64,000 bases of DNA from positions 676 to 64,675 of the forward strand of contig DAHXNI010000019.1 of assembly GCA_027365475.1 (NCBI GenBank), given 5' to 3'. Shown piece by piece: positions 1-9,160 of this stretch (position 1 is the first letter of the stretch; each line of letters opens with the position of its first letter). The notes under the pieces were generated by a model, which saw only the letters and a list, made by a program, of their open reading frames with translations, ran no database searches and was not told the DNA's origin. A program made the position numbers and the translations under genes. This stretch comes from Pseudomonadota bacterium (GTDB taxonomy: Bacteria > Pseudomonadota > Gammaproteobacteria > JAKAQQ01).

Positions 1-278
1 AGGCATGATGTGTCACAACAACATTCTACCACCCTGAGCCAACCTTCTTCTTTACTTTTCAACACCTTACATTACCGCAGCCCTCGCACTGCGGCTTATC
101 CGAGTGCCATTCATTTATAAATTAAATACAAGCGGAAGAAGGGTGCCTAAAACAGGCGGAAAAACGGAAAATCAAGGGGAGAAAAGGGGAAGAAAACGGA
201 AAAGTTTCACGGGAAAGCGGAAGCGCCACAGGGCCGGTTCAGCCCCCTCGGAGAAAACTCGACTCCCACGGGGGAAAG

Positions 279-294
279 TATATACTAGTATATA
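279..294. promoter_or_regulatory. Perfect 16-bp palindrome TATATACTAGTATATA, probable VapBC operator over the -10 element
   Basis: Self-complementary, about 30 bp upstream of the vapB ATG; contains TATACT (281-286). Type II TA complexes typically autorepress at such sites. Confidence 0.7.
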
Positions 295-324
295 TACCCT
301 CTAAACCTCGTTAGGAGCGCCACG

Positions 325-618
325 ATGATCGAGACCCGCGTTGCGAAGCTGTTCAAGAATGGGGCCAGTCAGGCGGTACGCCTTCCGATCGAATTTCGTT
401 TCGAGGGTGACCAAGTGTATGTCACGCGAGACGACGCGACCGGCGATGTGGTGTTGTCGAATCGACCAGGCGCTAAAAGCTGGAATGAGTTCTTCGAGTT
501 GTTGCATGCGGTCGATGTGCCCGCCGGCTTCATGGCCGAGCGCCCTCTGAATGTGTTGCCGCAAGAGCGCGGTGCCTTTGATGACGAGATTGCCCAGTGG
601 AACCAAGCAGGCCGCTAA
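325..618 (+). CDS. vapB: VapB antitoxin, AbrB/SpoVT-type DNA-binding domain
   Basis: AKLFKNGASQAVRLPIEFRF motif; AGGAG SD; directly upstream of a PIN gene. Confidence 0.9.
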   Translation: MIETRVAKLFKNGASQAVRLPIEFRFEGDQVYVTRDDATGDVVLSNRPGAKSWNEFFELLHAVDVPAGFMAERPLNVLPQERGAFDDEIAQWNQAGR

Positions 619-620
619 CG

Positions 621-1022
621 ATGCTGCACATGCTGGATACCGACACGGCAAGCTACCTCATCAAGGGAAAGTCGCCCGCGATGGAAGCCAAACTGGCGGC
701 GCTCGCGCCGTCGATGGTCTGCATCTCGGTGATGACGCGGGCGGAGTTGCAATACGGGCTGAAACGCTTGCCCGCCGGCCATCGGCTGCACCTCGCGGTG
801 CGCCAGTTTCTCAAAATCGTGCGCATCTTGCCGTGGGATGCTGAAGCGGCGGATTGGTACGCCGAAATCCGCCACCAACTCGTCAGCACGGGGCAATCGA
901 TCGGCGAAATGGATATGATGATCGCCGCCCATTCCCTGTCGGCCGGTACGGTGCTTGTAACCAACAACAGCCGCCACTACGAGCGAATCGAAGCGCCCCT
1001 TGTCTTGGAGAACTGGGTGTAG
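621..1022 (+). CDS. vapC: VapC PIN-domain ribonuclease toxin
   Basis: MLDTDT, AELQYG, DMMIAAH and VTNNSRHY PIN motifs; ATG at 621 follows the vapB stop. Confidence 0.9.
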   Translation: MLHMLDTDTASYLIKGKSPAMEAKLAALAPSMVCISVMTRAELQYGLKRLPAGHRLHLAVRQFLKIVRILPWDAEAADWYAEIRHQLVSTGQSIGEMDMMIAAHSLSAGTVLVTNNSRHYERIEAPLVLENWV

Positions 1023-1159
1023 TGATGCCCAACAAGAAAAAGGCGCTGGACGCGCCGTGCGCGGGACCACTGAACGAGATCAAAGCGGCATAGGGCGGGA
1101 GAGTGGTTGCGGCGCTTCCCTGGGCCTAGCCGCGCCCTCCCTGGCGCGGCGGGTCTACA

Positions 1160-2127
1160 GGGGGTGCCCCTATATGGTTCGTCAAGTGTTGGCCAGGGGA
1201 GTGGCATGATAGAAGGTGCCGTCGCGGAGCATGGCGTAGAGGACATCGCAGCGCCTTCGGGCGAGAGCGATGAGGGCTTGGTTGTGGCGCTTGCCCTGAT
1301 GGATTTTGCGGTCGTAGTAGGCCCGAGAGAGGGGATCGCGCAAGGCTGCAAAAGCGGAGAGGAACAGGGCTCGCTTGAGCGCCTTGTTCCCCCGTCGGGA
1401 GGGATGTTCGCCCCGGATGGAGCTGCCGGAGCGGCGCGTGACGGGTGCCAGCCCGGCATAGGCAGCCAGATGGGCGGCGGAGGCGAAGGTGCGGGTTGTC
1501 ACCTCGGTAAGGAGTCGGGCGGTGGTTCTCACGCCGACTCCGGGCATGCTCATCAGGGCTGGGGACAGGGGATGGGTCTGCACCCGTCGTTCCACCTCGG
1601 TGACGAGTTCCTGGCGCTGGCGTCGCAACGCCATCAACTGTTGGGCCAGTTGGGTCAGCACGAGGCCCGCGGCCTGTGTGCCGGGCACGACCCCGCTCTG
1701 TTCGGCGAGTGCCTGTCGGATATCGGCCGCGAGCGGCTGGGCCAGTCGTGGGGCGAGTCGGCTCAGGCGCAGCGTCAGGCGCTTCTCGCTCATCGCGGCG
1801 AGTGCGGCGGGAGAGGGATAGTTCCAGAGCAGGGTCAACACCGCCGGATGATCGAGGCGCGGGCCGAGCACCCGCTCCAGAGCGGGATGGATCTGGGTGA
1901 GCAGGCCCCGGATCCGATTGCTGGTCCGGGTGATTTGCTCGGCGAGATCGTCGTCGAACCCGCACAGCAGGGTGAGCTCCGCCAGGGCCTCATCGGCCGT
2001 TGGCAACGTGCGCAGGGCATGGGGCATCGAACGCGCCGCCTCGGCGATGATCGCGGCATCCCGGGCATCTGTCTTCGCTTCGCCGACATGCAGATCAGCG
2101 ATGCGGCGCATGGCCAACCCGGGCAGA
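1160..2127 (-). mobile_element. IS110-family element, partial (right end and 3' part of transposase)
   Basis: Minus-strand end CTTGACGAACCATATAGGGGCACCCCC after the transposase stop; 5' part is cut off by the IS630 end at 2128. Confidence 0.75.
1182..2127 (-). pseudogene. IS110 transposase/recombinase lacking its N-terminus
   Basis: YLPGLAMRRIADL, KTDARD, MPGVG, FASAAHLAAYAGLAP and RRSGSS motifs; the first DEDD residues are missing and the ORF-track extension to 2480 reads IS630 DNA. Confidence 0.85.
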
Positions 2128-3416
2128 TAGTACTTCATATCATTTAAACATTTACAAAATAGGCGCCCCCACCCAAAATGGTTCATGGGTCGTTCGGTGG
2201 CCATGACGACCCAGGTCGGGAGGGGAAGATGGGACGAGCCACGAAGCGGGCACCGCTCACGCCGAGTCCGGAAGAGAAGACGCATTGAACCCGTCTGGCG
2301 CGATCCCGGCCCGCGCCCAAACGCGCGATCGAACGGGCCCGCATCTTGCTGCGGTATGCCGAAGGGGTGGCGCTCTCGGATATCCACCGGGAACTGCATC
2401 GGTCGCGGCCCACCCTGTACAAATGCATCGACAAGGCGCTGACGACGGGGGTACAGAACGGGTTGAAAGACAAATATCACCGACCCCAGGAACCCGAGAT
2501 CACGGAAGCCCCAAGAGTTGGGTGGCGAGCCTCGCCTGCACGAAGCCCAAGGATCACGGCTTGGCCACAGAGTTATGGACCCTGTCCGCCTTGACCGCCT
2601 TCGTGCACGAGCGGGCCGAACCGGCCGGGTTTCCCCGGCTGAGTCAGGTTCCGAACATGACGGTGTGGCGGATTCTGCAGGCGGCGCACATCAAACCGCA
2701 CCGTATCCGGTATGATCTGGAAAAACGGGATCCGGAGTTTGACCGGAAGAAGGCCGAGGTCTTGATGGTGTATCAGGAGGTCAATCTCCAGAATGACCAA
2801 GCCGCCACGTCGTCCCAAGCGGATGCGGAGCCGGTCCGGTCGATCATTACGGTCAGCGTAGACGAGAAGCCCGGGATCCAGGCGATTGGGAACACGGCGC
2901 CGGATCGGCCGCCGGTCCCCGGCCGCCACGCCGCCGTCGGACGGGATGATGAATATGTGCGCCACGGCACGCTCTCGCTGTCGGCGGCGCTCGATCTCTA
3001 CACCGGCGAGGCGATTGCGGAGGTGGTGGAACGCCATCGGAGCCGGGAGTTCATCACCCTCTTGCAACGCCTGGATGAGCGCTATCCCCCAGAAGCCCGC
3101 ATTCGGGTGGTGCTCGACAACCACGCGGCGCACATCTCCCGCGAGACCCTGGCCTATCTGGCCACACGACCCAACCGGTTCGAATGCGTCCACACCCCCC
3201 AACACGGATCCTGGCTCAATCTGGTGGAAACGGCCTTCTCCAAAATGGCGCGCACCTTTTTGCGTCACCTCCGGGTGTCCTCCAAGGAGGAGCTGCAGGA
3301 ACGCATCTTGCAGGGCATTGCCGAATGGAACGCGCAACCGGTGGTCTTCCGCTGGAGCAACTTCTTCGATTTGGAGCTGAGACGATTTCTAATCGTTTTA
3401 ATGTTACGAACGACTA
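2128..3416 (+). mobile_element. IS630-family insertion sequence with TA at both ends and imperfect ~31-bp TIRs
   Basis: Left end TAGTACTTCATATCATTTAAACATTTACAAA versus reverse complement of right end TAGTCGTTCGTAACATTAAAACGATTAGAAA (23/31 by hand); TA at 2128-2129 and 3415-3416. Confidence 0.85.
2229..3416 (+). pseudogene. IS630 transposase, inactivated
   Basis: ATG at 2229, in-frame TGA at 2286-2288, frameshift near 2505-2512; DDE motifs SVDEKPGIQA, VLDNHAAH and WLNLVE. Confidence 0.85.
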
Positions 3417-3830
3417 GTCAGGCACCACGACGACAGGTTTAACACCCAGGCGGTGGGCGCGACGCGCAAATTTGCGGTCATCAAAGCTCACGAACTTCGT
3501 ACAATCGCTGCTGGCTAAAAGATGTAAGGCGTCCGCAAAATCCAACCCCTTTGTGTGCCAGACCAAAGCATCTGCAATACGTGCCCATTCCTCGACTGTG
3601 ACATTGGGTAGGCCCAGCAGATGTCTCACCACCCGGACGTAGTCCTCCGTCGCAAACCCATAAAAGGCATGTAAAACCCATTCGAGCTCAAGAAGCACCG
3701 TCAGAGGTACAAATACCTGGGCGGATTCAGTCAGTAGACGACGGGCAATCGGTCGTTGTTTGGCCGCCTCTGGATCTGCGGGATCCTCCACATAAAATCG
3801 CGCCAGAATGTTCGTATCAAGAGCAATCAT
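3414..3830 (-). CDS. PIN-domain toxin (VapC-like)
   Basis: MIALDTNILARF, LLELEWVL, DFADALH and FVSFDD motifs; its TAG stop overlaps the IS630 terminal TA. Confidence 0.85.
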   Translation of the reverse strand: MIALDTNILARFYVEDPADPEAAKQRPIARRLLTESAQVFVPLTVLLELEWVLHAFYGFATEDYVRVVRHLLGLPNVTVEEWARIADALVWHTKGLDFADALHLLASSDCTKFVSFDDRKFARRAHRLGVKPVVVVPD

Positions 3831-4071
3831 GACCATCCCGCATGGCCTTGGCCACATCAAAATCCGCCAGACAGCGTACCCCGGGTTGCTTGCAGACCAA
3901 TATCCCAAAACCTTCATCTACCGTGGTCGGGACGATTTGCCGCTTAACCTCGACGTAAATGACGTGGCCTTCCAGCTTAAAATCCAGTTGGCAGCCAGGA
4001 GTAATACCCAGACGGCGCCTGATCTCTACAGGGATAACCACCTGGCCTTTATCAGAAACGGTTGTGAGCAT
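3817..4071 (-). CDS. AbrB/MazE/SpoVT-family antitoxin
   Basis: TVSDKGQVVIPVEIRRRLGI motif; overlaps the PIN gene start. Confidence 0.88.
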   Translation of the reverse strand: MLTTVSDKGQVVIPVEIRRRLGITPGCQLDFKLEGHVIYVEVKRQIVPTTVDEGFGILVCKQPGVRCLADFDVAKAMRDGHDCS

Positions 4072-4082
4072 ATCCAGCCTTC

Positions 4083-4097
4083 TCTTACATGGTAAGA
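4083..4097. promoter_or_regulatory. Inverted repeat TCTTAC-ATG-GTAAGA, candidate TA operator
   Basis: Lies 12-26 bp upstream of the AbrB antitoxin start. Confidence 0.55.
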
Positions 4098-4260
4098 ATA
4101 TGTTAACACAACCTCAACAGAGCCAGATCTTCCGGTCCATTCAACAACCCTGGCCATATCCCGACCTACGTTATTCTCATAGTCTGCCTCTGCCTTGATC
4201 TCCTGGTTAAATTTACGAGTGGTACCCACCGTCTGAACTCGCCAGCTATTTACAGCACAG

Positions 4261-4554
4261 TTTAGGGACTTAATCATCGCTTCACCCGCACCGGGTGCAC
4301 AGTTGACTGCCGGTGAGCCGGTCAGTATTCGCATAATCGGCGGCAGTCGACCTCTCTATTTTCTGGTGGATGGCCGCCTCATTCCGTCCAATCCAGCCTT
4401 GAGAAGTGTGCGTTGGACGCCCCCTGTGGCCGGTTTCTACCATCTCAGCATTCTGGATGCCAACGGCAAACTGGTGAAGCGAGCAATGCGGGCGGTGTCG
4501 AAGGCCAGTGCAGCTAATGTGGAGTGGGGCAATACGACCGCTGCACAAAAGTAG
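4261..4554 (+). pseudogene. C-terminal remnant of penicillin-binding protein 1C (BiPBP_C-like domain)
   Basis: LIIASPAPGAQL, GGSRPLYFLVDG and WTPPVAGFYHLSILDANG resemble the PbpC C-terminus; the upstream frame is interrupted by a stop. Confidence 0.55.
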
Positions 4555-4599
4555 CAAACTTAAACAACCGCAGCTCAGAACCTCTTCTGGCGGTCCATC

Positions 4600-4870
4600 A
4601 CTCATAAGTCAGTAGTTTTGGCTACACATGGGTGTTTGAAGGGCGCGCGCACCAATGCGGTATTGCGGTCGATGGCGTCGAGGTACGCTCTGGTGCATGG
4701 CACAAGCTTTTCCCTCCAACGGCAACGTCCGGCGCGCATGCCCGGTACGCTTGGCATGACTCCACACGAGTTCGTCGGGGTTGAGTTGCGGGGCATAGCC
4801 GGGCAGGAAATGGAGCGTGAGTTCGTCATGGGTGCTGGCCATGTAGTCCTGACCGCCGAGATGGACTGAT
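4600..4870 (-). pseudogene. IS630-family transposase C-terminal remnant (frameshifted)
   Basis: LTLHFLPGYAPQLNPDELVWSHAK, then in a second frame LVRAPFKHPCV..TDL*. Confidence 0.75.
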
Positions 4871-5018
4871 GCTTTGCTGCTGCGCAGGCACCGCGGCGAT
4901 CGAGGTTGTGGTTCTTGAACCGGTCATGGCTCCGCTGGTGCTTTGAGTAGTTACATTTGAGGATGCGCTAAAATGGTATCCAGAACAGGGCTCCGGACTG
5001 GGGCTCGGGTATGAACAT

Positions 5019-5096
5019 GGTGGACGTAGCTCAGCAGGTTAGAGTCCCGGATTGTGGATCCGGTTGTCGTGGGTTCAAATCCCACCGTCCACCCCA
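5019..5096 (+). tRNA. tRNA-His (GTG)
   Basis: Cloverleaf with G-1, anticodon arm CCGGA-TTGTGGA-TCCGG, GTTCAAAT T-loop, encoded CCA. Confidence 0.95.
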
Positions 5097-5229
5097 TTCT
5101 TCCGTGGTGCTTATCCACGAGTACGTGTGCGTCTGATCGAGCCGTGCCATTCGGGATCTAGTTCAGGTGTATTGGAAACCTGGTAGGTTCGAAAAATACC
5201 GAAAGGTAGCGGGTTTGGAAGATGAAGAT

Positions 5230-5306
<77 letters not shown>

Positions 5307-5415
5307 AGAACTGCAACAACTTACCTTCGTTTCAGTCAGTGCATGTGAAACGAAAAACGGAGTTTGCCTTGGTTTTCCTTTGTGTCGCCATCGTTGACGG
5401 AATCGGGAGACGGGC

Positions 5416-5710
5416 ATAGCGACATTGAGACAGTGCAAGGAATCCAGAGGCAATTCAGTCTGGCAGGTCCAGATCACCTGGCAGGGCTGCCCACCCCAGA
5501 ACTGGACGTTCGACATCAAGGGCGAGGCCGGGGCTTGGGCAAGGCATGTCGAGTAGAAAATGGACAACGGCCCTTAGCGCAATCGCTCCGAAGGGGATCA
5601 AGCCACGGTGGCCGAGGCCTTCGATCGTTATCTCTGCGAGATCACGCCGGGCAAGTCTCAGGGAAGCAAGAAACCCGCATGTAGCCTGATCCAAAAGCTA
5701 GAGCAAAGCC
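5416..5710 (+). pseudogene. Tyrosine recombinase/integrase N-terminal remnant
   Basis: Hand translation (ATA)ATLRQ..WQVQITWQGCPPQNWTFDIKGEAGAWARHVE*KMDNGP*RNRSEGDQATVAEAFDRYLCEITPGK resembles the N-terminus of Rci-like/phage integrases; GGGAG SD, start mutated to ATA, two stops. Confidence 0.7.
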
Positions 5711-5868
5711 CGGCATGGGTCATCAAGACCTGCGGCGGATCTTCCACTCCTACACTGTGGCCCGTTCATCCTGAGGCATGAGCTACTTGGTCAATCTGAT
5801 CCCTTGGTCCAGACGGCCTGTCCCAGACTTCTGTCTGGGTGGGATGGCCCGAGGGGAATCCGAACGGT

Positions 5869-5962
5869 TATGAACCTCTATGAACGCCTATGAACCTGCT
5901 CATGTGCATTAGATCTCTGTTTTTAAAGGAATATCTGTTGGAGAGCGGTCGTTCCTATGAAC
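5869..5962 (+). repeat. TATGAAC direct repeats (5869, 5879, 5889 at 10-bp period; fourth at 5956)
   Basis: Read directly from the sequence. Confidence 0.75.
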
Positions 5963-6019
5963 CACCATTAAGGCTCTTGTGGCAGACCAAAGTCCCCTAC
6001 TGCTGTCAATAATTCGGGC

Positions 6020-7099
6020 TTATGAGTCGCGCCGCCAGGCGACTGCGGTGATCGCTTCGGCTGCAGTCGGATCGCGCACTGCGGTGCGATCAGCCCGTCT
6101 CGCTGCGCGTCGAGTTTCGTGATCGAGCCGGGGCTTACGAAGGAGCCGGATATTGACTCCCTGACGGATCGCCAAGCTATGTCGATAGATTTCCCGGGCT
6201 TCGGGCGGCGAGGGCAGGAGACGGCTACCCGCGAATCCAATCATGCGGAGCGCCTCAAGCAGGGAGTCGGGTGTGAAGAGCACGAGATGTCGGGGGGGTT
6301 CCAGGCCACGCCAGTCGCGCCCCCAAAAAGCGTGACCCAGACCCAAAAGATTCGGGGTCTGGATCCATAGGCGTCCTCCCGGTCGAAGGAGTGTGCGGCA
6401 TTCGCGCAGTAAGGCGAGCGGATCGTGCAGATGTTCAATGACGTGTGCCACGGTAATGTGGTCGAAACTGTCGGGCGTCAGAGGGGGACAGGGAAGGCTG
6501 CTTTCGTAGATCTCGCATCCACTGGTTCGCGCCGCTGCCGCTGCGCGGGGATCGGGCTCGCATCCGATGGCCCGATAACCGAGATGTTGTGCAACCCGCA
6601 GAAAGGATCCGTTGCCGCAGCCGACATCGAGGAGGCTTGCAGCATCGCTGCCCGGTGGTGGCAGATGACGGATCCGGTTGAGGGTCTGCCGCTGTCGGAG
6701 CTCGGATAGGATCAGCCGAGAGAAGGGGAGTGGGAGGGCTGGATGGAGCCGGTAGCCGAGGCTGCGATTGAGAAGGTCGTGCACGGCGGCTTGCTTGATG
6801 CGCCACAGTGGTGCTTGACGGACTAGGCGCACCTCGGCAGGAGGAGCCGAATGGGTGAGATAGTCGGTGTAGGCTTTGCCGATGGCCTGGGGACGCGGAT
6901 TCGGATCTAGCCATCCGCTGCTACAGCGGAGGCATTGCCAAAGCGTCCAGCAGCCCGGAGCCCCGAACAGACGATCCTCAAGTGTGTCGTGAAGGATTCG
7001 TCGTTGTTCCGATCCGCAAACCGGACAGCAAGCGCGGTTCTCAAGATCTTCGGGCAGCCAGGATTCAGGTGGGGATTGTGTGTTGTGGTTCCAGTTCAT
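6020..7099 (-). CDS. Class I SAM-dependent methyltransferase with N-terminal Zn-ribbon
   Basis: CPVC...CLRC, LLDVGCGNG, FDHITVAHVIEHL and PRHLVLFT motifs. Confidence 0.85.
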   Translation of the reverse strand: MNWNHNTQSPPESWLPEDLENRACCPVCGSEQRRILHDTLEDRLFGAPGCWTLWQCLRCSSGWLDPNPRPQAIGKAYTDYLTHSAPPAEVRLVRQAPLWRIKQAAVHDLLNRSLGYRLHPALPLPFSRLILSELRQRQTLNRIRHLPPPGSDAASLLDVGCGNGSFLRVAQHLGYRAIGCEPDPRAAAAARTSGCEIYESSLPCPPLTPDSFDHITVAHVIEHLHDPLALLRECRTLLRPGGRLWIQTPNLLGLGHAFWGRDWRGLEPPRHLVLFTPDSLLEALRMIGFAGSRLLPSPPEAREIYRHSLAIRQGVNIRLLRKPRLDHETRRAARRADRTAVRDPTAAEAITAVAWRRDS

Positions 7100-7180
7100 G
7101 TACTGCTGCCGTGTGGATGGGTTTGGCGTTTGCCGCGGAGGTGGCTGGTACCCGGGGATTCCGTCGCCGCCCCATCATGG

Positions 7181-7801
7181 CTAGGGGGCTGTATCAGCGG
7201 AAACCTCCTGCAAACCATGGGGCAAGATCTGATGCAGCGCACCGGACCCGATATCAAAGTGAAATCCGCGAATCGTGAGTTGCGGACTCGTTGTAATCCA
7301 TGGAAAACTCGCAAGATTAGCGAGTGACACGCGGATACTCTCGTACTCGCAGAAGCGCAGTGCTTGCGCGGCATCGTGGGGATGGGCGAGTTGGGCCCGG
7401 CGTTTCGCGGGTTCTGCGATTTGTACCCAGGATTCCACAAAATCCGGTGCATTCGGGGGTGCGCCGTTCATCAAGGCGGCGATCCCCCCACAACCGGAGT
7501 GTCCGACCACCGCGAGGTGCCTGACCTTGAGGACCCGGATCGCGAACTCGAGTGCAGCCGACGTTCCATGATGTGCGGTATCCGGCGCATAGGGTGGCGC
7601 CAGATTGGCGATGTTGCGGATCACGAACATCTCCCCCGGCTGGCAGTCGAAAATCAGCTCGGGTGCGACGCGCGAATCACAGCAGGCGATCACGAGGGTA
7701 TGGGGCGCCTGTCCGTAGCGGGCCAGAGATTCAAAGTCGGCTCGCCGGGTAGACCACTGCTCCGTTTGGAAACGAAGGTAGCCGCGAATGAGTTCATCCA
7801 T
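7181..7801 (-). CDS. Beta-class carbonic anhydrase
   Basis: Zn ligands in CCDSRV and GHSGCGG; FVIRNIAN motif; GGAGG SD. Confidence 0.93.
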   Translation of the reverse strand: MDELIRGYLRFQTEQWSTRRADFESLARYGQAPHTLVIACCDSRVAPELIFDCQPGEMFVIRNIANLAPPYAPDTAHHGTSAALEFAIRVLKVRHLAVVGHSGCGGIAALMNGAPPNAPDFVESWVQIAEPAKRRAQLAHPHDAAQALRFCEYESIRVSLANLASFPWITTSPQLTIRGFHFDIGSGALHQILPHGLQEVSADTAP

Positions 7802-8173
7802 CAGAAACCTCCAGGCGGTTCGGTCAGGAAATCCTCATGGGACGAAATAGGTGCTGCGATGGATGCATCGAACGCATCGCCTTCTCGCGTTGATCGGATC
7901 GAATCCACCGCGTTTCATCGCGTTTGTTCCCGCCCATAATAATAGATTTGGGGTATGGACACGAGGGCGTTTGTCCACATGTTCCTGATGTGCACATAAC
8001 GCCGTCAGGGGTCAGCCGGGTTGCGCAAAGCATCGATTCTGTGGCATGGTGTCGTGTCGTGTGTATGCCAGCTGCCTTGCGGCATCGCGAGTGCTGTCTT
8101 GCGAGTGGAGTAATTATGTTGCGGTTTGATGCTCGCCCATCTCCATCATTCGTTTCATCAGGCCAATGACTCA

Positions 8174-9160
8174 ATGACTCAAGTGAAAATCACCCAATCC
8201 TTGATTGCTGTTGGCTTCATGGCCTGGACTACTGTTTCCGTCGCAGCTGGACTGCCGGTGACGGTAGCGACCATCCAGTCCGCCCCCTGGCATCAGGTCT
8301 TCCGTACACTCGCGCGGGTGCGCAGCAACAATCAGATTACTCTGACGGCACCGGTAGGTGGCCGGGTACTGGGTCCATTCCAGCGACCTGGCCTCGTGCA
8401 TGCCGGTGTGATCTTGATGCGGATTGCTCCTGTGGGGCTCCGTGCCCAGATTGCGGCGGCTCGGGCGCAGGAACGTTACACCCAAACCAAACTTGGCCGT
8501 TACAGGCGCCTGCTGGTGCATGGCTTCGTCGCGCGCGAGTTGGTCGACAACCTGAGGCTTGCACTCGCCGAGGCTCAGGGGCAACTGCGTGCGCTCAAAT
8601 CGGAGGATGCCGCCCAGACCCTGAGAGCCCCCTTCTCGGGAACACTGCGGTATCTCGTCGCTCCCGGTGCCATCGTTCCGACCGCACTGCCCATCATGAC
8701 CCTGATGGGTCGAGGTCGAACTTGGGCCGAAGCACTGGTATCTCCCGATATCTCGAGACAAATCCATGCCGACGTCCATGTTTACCTGAATACGGGGCGT
8801 TGGCACGGAGTGGGAACCATCCGCAATATCGGCAATCGTGCCAGTCATTATGGGCTGGTCCGTGTTTACATCGATCTCCCCTTGGTTGCACCCTTGCTGC
8901 CGGGACAATGGGTTCGCTGTAGGATCCCAGTTGACTCCGGGCAGGCGTTCCGCCTACCGGTAGAGGCCATCGTCATGCATGGTGACCGGAGTTTCGTGTT
9001 CATCGTCCGGAAGGGTCACGCCCTGCCGGTCTCGGTCAAACTGCTCGCGAGGCACCAAAACGAAGCCTTCGTCCAGGGAACGCTCCGGGACGGAGAAAAG
9101 GTCATCCTGACCGGTAATACACGCGTCAGCCCAGGGAGTGCAGTCGAGATCATGCACTGA
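8174..9160 (+). CDS. RND efflux periplasmic adaptor (membrane fusion protein)
   Basis: N-terminal signal, LTAPVGGRV and LRAPFSG lipoyl halves, LLPGQWV; TGATG overlap with the permease. Confidence 0.88.
   Translation: MTQVKITQSLIAVGFMAWTTVSVAAGLPVTVATIQSAPWHQVFRTLARVRSNNQITLTAPVGGRVLGPFQRPGLVHAGVILMRIAPVGLRAQIAAARAQERYTQTKLGRYRRLLVHGFVARELVDNLRLALAEAQGQLRALKSEDAAQTLRAPFSGTLRYLVAPGAIVPTALPIMTLMGRGRTWAEALVSPDISRQIHADVHVYLNTGRWHGVGTIRNIGNRASHYGLVRVYIDLPLVAPLLPGQWVRCRIPVDSGQAFRLPVEAIVMHGDRSFVFIVRKGHALPVSVKLLARHQNEAFVQGTLRDGEKVILTGNTRVSPGSAVEIMH

Noticed and set aside
113-225. Strongly purine-skewed stretch and 66-aa Lys/Arg-rich ORF
   Set aside because: The ORF looks like a compositional artefact; it may be IS-end debris but no family can be assigned.
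1025-1093. Short ORF MPNKKKALDAPCAGPLNEIKAA after vapC, vaguely like a DUF1016 N-terminus
   Set aside because: Only 22 codons; the resemblance cannot be supported without a search.
1107-2147. 346-aa + strand ORF and many other long antisense ORFs (e.g. 49977-51659, 54839-56377, 37783-39228)
   Set aside because: Shadow frames opposite well-identified genes in GC-rich DNA, with no protein motifs.
2505-2515. Possible programmed frameshift in the IS630 transposase
   Set aside because: No slippery run is visible and there is also an in-frame stop at 2286, so decay is the simpler explanation.
5953-5967. TCCTATGAACCACCA as a degenerate attR copy of the tRNA-Lys 3' end
   Set aside because: Similarity is too short and gapped to support.
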